Of a DNA stretch of 64,000 nucleotides, positions 55,801-64,000 are shown piece by piece. The stretch lies in the NCBI GenBank assembly GCA_001949185.1, contig BDGG01000003.1, positions 3,517,158 through 3,581,157 of the forward strand, read 5' to 3'. Position 1 is the stretch's first letter; every line of letters begins with the position of its first letter. The stretch comes from Ramazzottius varieornatus (taxonomy: Eukaryota; Animalia; Tardigrada). A model generated the notes under the pieces. It was not told the DNA's origin. It worked only from the letters and a program-made list of their open reading frames with translations, and did not search any database. Position numbers and translations under genes: made by a program.

Positions 55801-58800
55801 TTTCAATGGAAGGCTCAAACAAATGACTAAACTAATTAGTGGAAAAAAATGGTACTGGAAGAGGAATCTGCTTTCTGAAGACCTCAATATTCCGACAACA
55901 AGGATTCTTGAATTTAGAAGTCAAGAACAGATCGGTTTTCGGACGATAACCATTCTCTTGTCGATAATTTTGGTCACTTGTTCAAGCTTTCGTTGAAATC
56001 GCAAGGCCCCTGTTTTATAATGTGGACAGAAACAGTTCAAATATCAACATGTTTGATAATCATTGTGTTCGTTGCCTGTATAGGTCGTACCTCGATGTTC
56101 TCAAGGTGTTCCTGTTCAACTTTATGTACTGGGTCACACTGGCGGTAGTCTTTGTGGCGGGGACAAGTCGAATCTCTCTGATTTGCTTCTTCTACTTGAT
56201 TGCTTGCTTCTACTTCCTATGGCACGGAAACGAGTTCTTCCGCCATCCCATCAAGCGTCTGATGCGCCAGTGAGTGTGGATTTGGCAAATAAACTCGATA
56301 AGATCATTTTTCCAAGTGGCGCACGGGTTCAGCCAGTAGTATCGGAAGCGTGCGCCACTTGTAAAAAGGATCTTGTCGAGGTTGTTCGCCGAGCTCCCAA
56401 AAATATTTCAGTGTCTTGTTTGCATAATGGCTCGGAATTTTCCAACTGATTGTTTCAGGTGGAATATCTTCCTGACCGGCAACGTAGTAATCATCCTGGT
56501 CAAGGTGATCCTGCAAGTCGTCGGCTGTGTCCACCTTCCCACGCTGAAGACGCATTACTGCTGGGTGATCCAGCTCTTCGGTATCGCCTGTCTTCGTTTC
56601 AAAGAGCTGCACACGATCTCTGACGGTCACCACCACGGGAAGGATGTGCCCCACACAGTGCCACAGGCGGTGGGGGACTCGTCTGTTCCCGGTAGCAGCA
56701 ACGATGTCTGTAATGCCAGCACGGACGACGCCGGTTTGGTTCTCGACGCCGTTGTGTTCGTCTTCCTGCTTCTGCAGAAACGAATTTTCTCCAGCTGGTA
56801 CTTCCAGTGGGTCGTGCTGGAACACAAGGTCCAGGCTGCCTTAGCTTCCCGTGGGGCCGAACATATTCGGCGGCAAGTGGCCGAGCAGACCAGGAAACAG
56901 AAGAAGGACGAACAAAGAATCATGGAAAAGATTCGACGGAAAGTCGAACGCATTCGAGCTCGTCAAAAGAAGTACAAAGGTAAACCGGTTAATCAAATAC
57001 CAGACAGAAAGCGGTGTGGTTTTTCGTACCAAGTCGCGCAGTGTGACATGCATATTTCGCCAGTTACATGAGTACACAAACCAGGAAGTGCGCGAGTTGA
57101 ACGGAATGTCTGACCGATATTTCTCGAGCTGATTTTTGCATCAGATCCGAGTTGATTTTCACATCGGATTTCCTTGTTTCAGGTGAGGACATGAACATTC
57201 CACCACCTGAAGCTGTTCCCCTAGAAGTCCTGGGTACTCCCAAAGATCCCCGCTTCGAAGAGCACTACATGGTTAGCCGTTCCGGCGACTACTACATGTT
57301 CGAAGGCTCAGACTCTGACGAAGAGGAGGACATTAACGTCTTGGCACCTTCTCGGCCACCGGAGACAGAAGATGCGGACCCGGCAGAGAAGGCCGACAAG
57401 ACTGTCCACGCACAGGGTCCTGATCCCCTGCAGATGCTCAACTATGCCGTCATGATGGACAACATCAAGGCCACAGTCCAAGATATCAGAGCTGTCAATG
57501 AAATGAATGAGTCGGAACGGGGTAGCGAGTTTTCTAGTCCACAAAATCGTCTTTCCATGCTAGATATCCACAGGCGAAGGAACACGATTAGCAGCGAGAG
57601 GGCGCGGTTCCCTTCTGTAGTATCCGTTGGTCCTACCGATGTCTCGACTCAGCCCTCGCATCTAACTCCAGTCCACAGCCTCAGCGCGCTTCAGGAACAG
57701 CTGGAACATCATGAACGTGGCGACGTGATGGGCCAAGCGGTCAGTACGTAACATATCAACCAGCTAATCTGGCTGAAAGAGCGTCCGGCAGACCCAAGAT
57801 GATCGTTTCTTCAAGTGGCGCACTCTAACGGCCAGATACACCGGAGATGTGTGCTAGTTGGAAAACGATCTTGTCGAGCTCCTTGCCAAGCTCTCTGACA
57901 TAATTTTGATACAAAAACTTTGAAGGTTCCAGTTTTATGAAAGATGTTATGGAATCAGTTGATATCTCAGTCTGGCTGTTGTTGAAACCACGTCCTGATT
58001 AGCGATTGTATCACAGGTCAGTATGCCAGTGTCTCCGCAGATTCCGCGCTCTGTCAGCGACACCGAAGCGCTGGTGTTGCGGGCTAAACTGAACGAAATA
58101 CCGGACGCACCGCCGGAGATGCAGTTCATCGAAACACCAGGCATCGAGTCGCCAACGACCTTCTGGGAAAAGGTCTATCACATTCTCATCTTCTCCAAGA
58201 TGTTCATCGCCAGAACTATTGACGTCCTCAACACCCATCTCAACCTCCGATCGAGAGACTTCCGCTTCGTGGCTGACAAGCTAGTGGGAGAGAAACGGCG
58301 GATGAAACGCTACTATGTCCAAAAGGTCCGCGAGTTTATGGAACGCGGAAGTGCGCTGGGTGTGCAAGCCGTACCTGAGGCTACAGACCCGGTACAAGCG
58401 GAAGAAGCCATCGAAGGACTGGAGAAAGTGGCGCTGAGCAAACCTAGCTTGAAATACCAGAAATCAGAACTGCAGTAGGTCGTCCTGCTGACTTCACTCC
58501 TCTAAACATCAATTTGCAGACTTTTCTTACAGGCTGGAACTTCCCGATAGGGACGAAGAAGAGTTTCAAGCTCAGCATAACGTGGTGATGAGAATGGTCA
58601 TCGCCTTGTACTACGTGTTGATGGCCAAGTCCGAGCTGCTGAGCTACTTCATGATCATCCTGCTGCAGATGACATCGGCTAGCGTTCTTTCACTTCCTCT
58701 AATCTTGTTCGTGGCTGCTGTACTTTTAGGTTGCCCATCGACAGTTTGATGGACGTTTCTGTATTGTGTTGTAGGATGTTGTTCTTGTGGGGTACTTTGT

Positions 58801-61800
58801 CTGTTCCTCGGCCAACTCGCGCTTTCTGGATCTCCATCATCTCCTACACCATGGCTATTGTCATCATCAAGTACATCTTCCAGTTCCCCTTCGTGCCAGA
58901 CTTTTGGGGTCCACAGACGGGCAACCAGCTGGATCCACTGTACGCCCCAAAGATCCTCGGTGTGGAGAAGCAGAACCACTATGCATCGTACGACTTGGCT
59001 CTGCTGCTGGTTGTCTTCTTCCATCGATCGGTCCTGAAGAGTCTGGGCTTGTGGAGAACCGCCAAAGAGGAGGAAGCTGAAGGTCGAGACACGCCGGTGG
59101 ACATTGTCGAAGGAGAGAAGAAGAACGAGATGGAGATCAGCGCCAGAAGTATCCACCAGGAAGCTTCCACTTCCTTCAACCACCCGGAAATCGTCTTCAC
59201 GCCGGATGTGGAGGATCGGGGACGCATCAAAGAAGACGACACTGTGGCCGAAGGTATCTAAACTTTAGAATGGTGAATGTCCTAGTCATACCGTTTTATG
59301 GATTGTTCGAAAGCCCATCTCACTTCCACAGGCATACACCGAGTCGGCGGTGAACCAATGGTGGTTTGTATGCAGGTGCACGAACACATTCTGCCACATT
59401 GTGGGTGGTTTTGATCAGCTTTGGATTTGACTATTTTGCACAGCATGCATACTGGCATAGCGTAGTGGTTGTACGACTCGGTGTATGCAGGCGCCAAGAT
59501 TAAGGCTTTTTTCTTTGGGGGAAATTTTTGACTTGATTTCGAAACTTCTGTAGGTAAGCCAGCTTGGTATACGCGAGTCAATGTTCGAGTTCGCCACTTC
59601 TTCGCGAACCTGCTGGAGTACTCGGAGCGTATCAACGTAAACGTGTACTCGTGGTTGTTCCTCTGTGACTTCTTGTGCTTCGTCATTGTCGTCTCCTTCT
59701 ACTGGGCATTCGGACCAGATGCCGGAAGTGGCGACAACATCAAAGACTACTTCGAAGAGAACCGCATCCCCACCGCCTTCCTGATCATCCTCATCGTGCA
59801 GTTCTGCCTCATGATCATTGATCGAGCGCTGTACCTGAGGAAGAATCTGAAGGGAAAGCTCATCTTCCAGATTATTCTTGTCCTGATAGTCCACGTTGTG
59901 TTTTTCTTCTACCTACCCAAAGAAACCGGAAGGTAAGTCCTGCACTTTTCGTTCCCTTCGAACTCCCGTCTGAACATCATGAATCTTGTTCGTTGCAGAT
60001 CGTTCAACAGAAGCACACCTGTTCAGCTGTGGTACTTCGTGAAGTGTGCCTACTTCCTCCTATCCGCTTTCCAAATTCGCTGCGGGTATCCCACAAGAAT
60101 TCTGGGCAACTTCTTGACAACAAGCTACTCTTACCTGAATCTCTACCTCTTCAAAATGTACAAAGATCTTCCAGTCACTGATCGAGCACAGATTTCTGTT
60201 ATGTGTTCATTATTGCAGATTCATCATCATTCCATTCTTAATGGAGCTGCGCAACATTATGGACTGGATCTGGACGGACACGTCCATGTCGATGGCTGAA
60301 TGGCTCAAGCTCGAGGACATCTATGCCAACATGTTCGTCCTGAAGTGCTGGAGGATGGCCGAGAAGCGATATCCCACGCCCCGCGGTACGCGCTACATGA
60401 CCTTCTGGAAGTACCTGATTGGTGGTGGAATCCTTCTGCTTTTCATCCTGATCATCTGGTTCCCTCTGATTCTCTTTTCGTTAACCAACGCCGTGGGTAC
60501 GACTAACGAACCACAAGGTTGCACGATAGAGATCAACTTGGGCGGGTATCAGCCTATCTACCGCGCTTCGTCGAAACAGCCGCTGAAGCGCTACACAGAC
60601 ACTCAGTACGAAGAGATGCTGCTGGACTTCGCCAAGCCTTTCTTGGATAAGACCAATCTTCAGAATCAGGCCGAGGTGAAGCAGGCGCAGTCCTTCATCC
60701 ACCAGTACGGCAAGGAAGACGTCTACTTGATTTCACTAGATGCTGACTCGAGTACAACGTGGGCCGTTAGCCCACCTGCTGAAGCCGATATCATTTCGTA
60801 CCTGAGCTCTAACGTCAACGGCTCCGCTCAGATCAGAGTTTTCTTCCGATGGACCTTCACATTGTATGTTGAATCATCCAAGACGAGTAAAATATAGACT
60901 AAAAGTTCTGAGACGGCAGTGAAATCTACTCGCGCTTCATGTACCTGTATATCTGAGAACCGCGTTCAGTGGGCCGACTTGTGTATGCAGGTTCATGAAG
61001 CGTGATTTCCTAGCGAGAAGACAATTGCTTCATAGACCTGCATACACGAGATTGCGATTTTCAGCAGGTGATGTGTATGCAGGTGTGGGAGAACGGGTTT
61101 ACCGCTTCGATGGTTTTTCCAACCGGTTATTTTTGCAGCAAGCCTAATTCAAAAAAGACGAAGACATCATCGATCGTGATGGGAGAGAGCTCAGTGAGGC
61201 TGGACAACGTGACGATAAAGGCTCTTTGCGACATGATGCTGCACAAGCCGGGAGATCCGCAGTACTTGCCTGCTGTCATTGCCCACCTTCACCCGTTCTA
61301 CGTCCGCGTCCCCTCCAGTGGCATCTCGAGCTACGTACGAGTATTACAGCAGAGAGAGGCAACCAGTCCCGAAGGTACGAAGAACACCGACTTCCGCGAT
61401 GTCGCCGCATTGCTACGCCGAGAAGGGGATGAATACGCCAACACCACGGTCACCGGTGGAGCCAAATGGTGGAATATCCGCGATGTGATTAAGAACGACA
61501 CCAGTAATCACACCGGCGCTGGTCATATCGAACTGACTGCTTTCGTCGACAAGATCTTCCCACAGGCTTGGTCTGTGATCACGGGATACGGGTAAGCTAA
61601 ATGGGAGCTCGGCAAACAAAATCAACAAGATGGATTGTCCAAGTGGGGCACATTGGCGGCTTATTGGCTAAAAGCGTGCGCCACTTGGGAACACGATCTG
61701 GCCGAGCTCCAAAATATCGGCTTGTTATCGGTTTTCTTGAATGTGGAATTTGAAGTCGACGATGTGCTTACTTGCAGTATCGTCGGTCTGTACATCTCCT

Positions 61801-62085
61801 TGGTGTTCGTCATCGGTCGTTTGGTACGTACATGGAGTAGTGGTCAGTCCTACCGCATTATTTATGAGGACCTGCCTACTGTGGATAAGCTTCTCCGCTT
61901 GTGCATGGACATCTTCCTGGTCCGTGAGAACCGCGAATACCGTTTGGAAGAGGATCTCTACTCCAGGTAAGGTCTTCGCTGCATCGGGTGTGATGAACTT
62001 ACGCATCTAACGAGTGCTTCCCCGCAGATTGATCTTCTTGTATCGATCACCGGAAACGATGTTCAAGTGGACGAAGAACAAGTGA
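49832..62085 (+). CDS. PIEZO: Piezo mechanosensitive ion channel (about 25 exons)
   Basis: FRLILP..ACVFRFN, MAWSVIYHSWLTFV, FLLLQKRIFSSWYF, SGDYYMFE, FQIRCGYP, PFLMELRNIMDWIWTDT, IIWFPL, GYG|IVGLY and LEEDLYSR|LIFLYRSPETMFKWT. Confidence 0.97.
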
Positions 62086-62714
62086 GACTTGCGGTTAGCA
62101 ACGAGCCGTCGCTTCTTTTGATTCTGAAGGATCTTTCTCCAATTTGTGGAAGACTTGAGCCATTTCTGTAATATATTCCACATTTGCGTACGTTTTATCA
62201 CGCAGACGGTCTCGTCTGACCCTAGTATTATTTCTTTGTCGCTCTGCATTACAGTCTTTTGTGATGTCGATTTTAGTTGTGATTTTTATTTTGGTATTGT
62301 TTGACGCCATTCATCGTTCGAAGATTCTTTCTTCAAGATATCTTGGTGTTTAACACAACAGTTTTTTAGCCTGTTGTTTTTGATCGTTACGTATTTAAGC
62401 TAGAGAAGTAATATAACCTTCCAATAACCAACAACCGAAAGAAGTATTTTTTACTTCGATTTGGGAAATAGCTGAATCAAAATCAACGACAAAGCCGCAG
62501 GAATCATCAGTGCACAGACTGCAATACCTAATTAACCGTAGGGCTATACAACACAACAAAATCTACCAAATCAGAATCAAATCTTGAAGAATGAGCTATC
62601 TCGCCACTTATAGCTGCTTTAATTAAAGGTCCCAAAGAAAAGAAGACTCAACTACCGTCCATTTTGACAATTTCACAGGTCACTTGATTCGTTCACCCGT
62701 ACAAACTCGCGCAC

Positions 62715-64000
62715 CTAATAGTAACTGCTTCGGCCGTATCCGTAGTTCCCGTTGGAGGCTATACGAAAATACCTATCAGCCAACAGCTCATAATCCCACA
62801 TTCGTTCGAACATTAGAAACAAAGGTGAGGGACTTACGTCCACCGCGGAATCCCTGCCCTCGACGGCCACCGCGACGATCCTCGCCTGGGATACCGGTTC
62901 GGCCCTTGTAGTTCGGGTTATCCACGTGGAACACCCCGAAATCCGTATCCTCACCACTCTTATCACCGCTTCCGTCATGGTCTTGACCGTTTCCTTTAGA
63001 GCGAAATACTCGTTTAAAATATGATCCTTCCTGAATTCGAAAATGAAATCTTACCGTATGCCTGGCGGGTTTCCGTTTCGCCAAAACGGTCTCCACTGGT
63101 GCCACTTCGTTCCTTTCCTGAGCGATACTCCTGATCACCACCACGTCTGCCATTCTCTCCAGCAGCCTCATCAGGTCGTCGTTCGCCCCCGGGATACGCG
63201 TAGTGGCGACGGTCTTGGTTGTTGTTCTGATGATAGCCGCCTCGTCCTCTGCCGCGCGATCCATCGTTCATTCCACCGTTGTAACCGGGACGGTTGTCAT
63301 CCCTGTACCGGTTGCCGTTCTGCCGGGGCACTCGTTGATCACCTGCGGAAAAGTCTTGAGGAAAACCAAACACGAGAAGATATTTGGAAGCTCGGCCAGC
63401 AGACTGGACAAGATCGTCTGCCCATGTGACGCACGCTTCCAATCAATATCGCCAACAGCGTGCGCCACTTGGAGAAAACAATCTGGTAGACCTTCTTTAC
63501 TGAGCTCCAATCTCATCTATAGATGGAGCTTACCACTTCCACTTGCGTCACCCGGGTTATGGTAAGACTTGGAAGAGCTATCGTTGAGAGCTTTCTGCTC
63601 CACTGGCGCACGTCCGTTGCTAGATACGGGCTCTACAAACAAGTCCGATTGTATAGGGAATTAATGTTATATGAATTACCACATATGTGTATTACAGATA
63701 TACGTACGCCAGGCTGAGGAGTCTTTCGAGATTTGGTTCGAATGTTCGTTCTGCGAATCTCGGCGCGGATGAATGTTCTTGATCGTCTCAGGCGAGAAAT
63801 GGTCAATGTTTTGCATCACGTCCACCGGCTGCGTCGGCACCGAGTAGCTGGATGGCATGGGGGAAATCATCAAATGGCTGGCTGGTCCAGTACCAGCTGA
63901 AGGAACAGGAAGGCCGGTCTGGACATTCGACTGCTGCACAGGGTAACCAGCTGAAAAAGCACCACAACGAAACATAGGAAAGGTTCAGAGACCACTGAAA
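62715..64000 (-). CDS. 3' part of a gene with a low-complexity RGG-rich C-terminus (caprin-like possible); continues beyond the window
   Basis: Phase-compatible exons encode P/Q/S-rich then RGRGRGG/RRGG segments, ending NGNYGYGRSSYY*. No folded domain lies in the window. Confidence 0.55.

Noticed and set aside
55925-55985. Degenerate family A copy in a Piezo intron
   Set aside because: Only GATCGGTTTT and CACTTG resemble the consensus; the core is absent.
54822-61084. CRISPR-like reading of family B (constant repeats with ~30-nt unique spacers)
   Set aside because: The arms are inverted, only 10 bp long, and dispersed in eukaryotic introns rather than forming a tandem direct-repeat array; no cas genes are present.

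Overview
Eukaryotic (animal) genomic DNA from a compact, intron-rich genome; most introns are about 50-90 nt with GT-AG ends, and there is one 50-N gap at 11496-11545. The G-alpha-o N-terminus ([10 protein letters not shown]) resembles nematode GOA-1, but the taxon cannot be fixed from this window. I hand-spliced 16 multi-exon genes: cytochrome c1, WDR97-like, DUF1295, TIM22, a short J-protein, PIG-P, PGAP1, a TRH-receptor-like GPCR, G-alpha-o, an Ajuba/LIMD1/WTIP LIM protein, DEF8, NSUN6, MVD, a SUN protein, NUBP2 and Piezo. There is also the 3' end of an RGG-rich gene, a candidate orphan gene, a decayed SAP-domain ORF and three non-autonomous DNA transposons. The most unusual signal is non-coding: two unrelated families of dispersed inverted motifs with fixed spacing. 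Family A is GTGGCGCAC-N25-GTGCGCCAC inside a ~120-bp palindrome (20 full copies). Family B is ACCTGCATAC-N30-GTATGCAGGT with unalignable spacers (12 pairs). They occupy most of the enlarged introns and never share one. Also notable: two GPI-anchor pathway genes (PIG-P, PGAP1) lie only 26 nt apart on the same strand. Gene names come from motif recognition, not database searches, and exon boundaries are manual.
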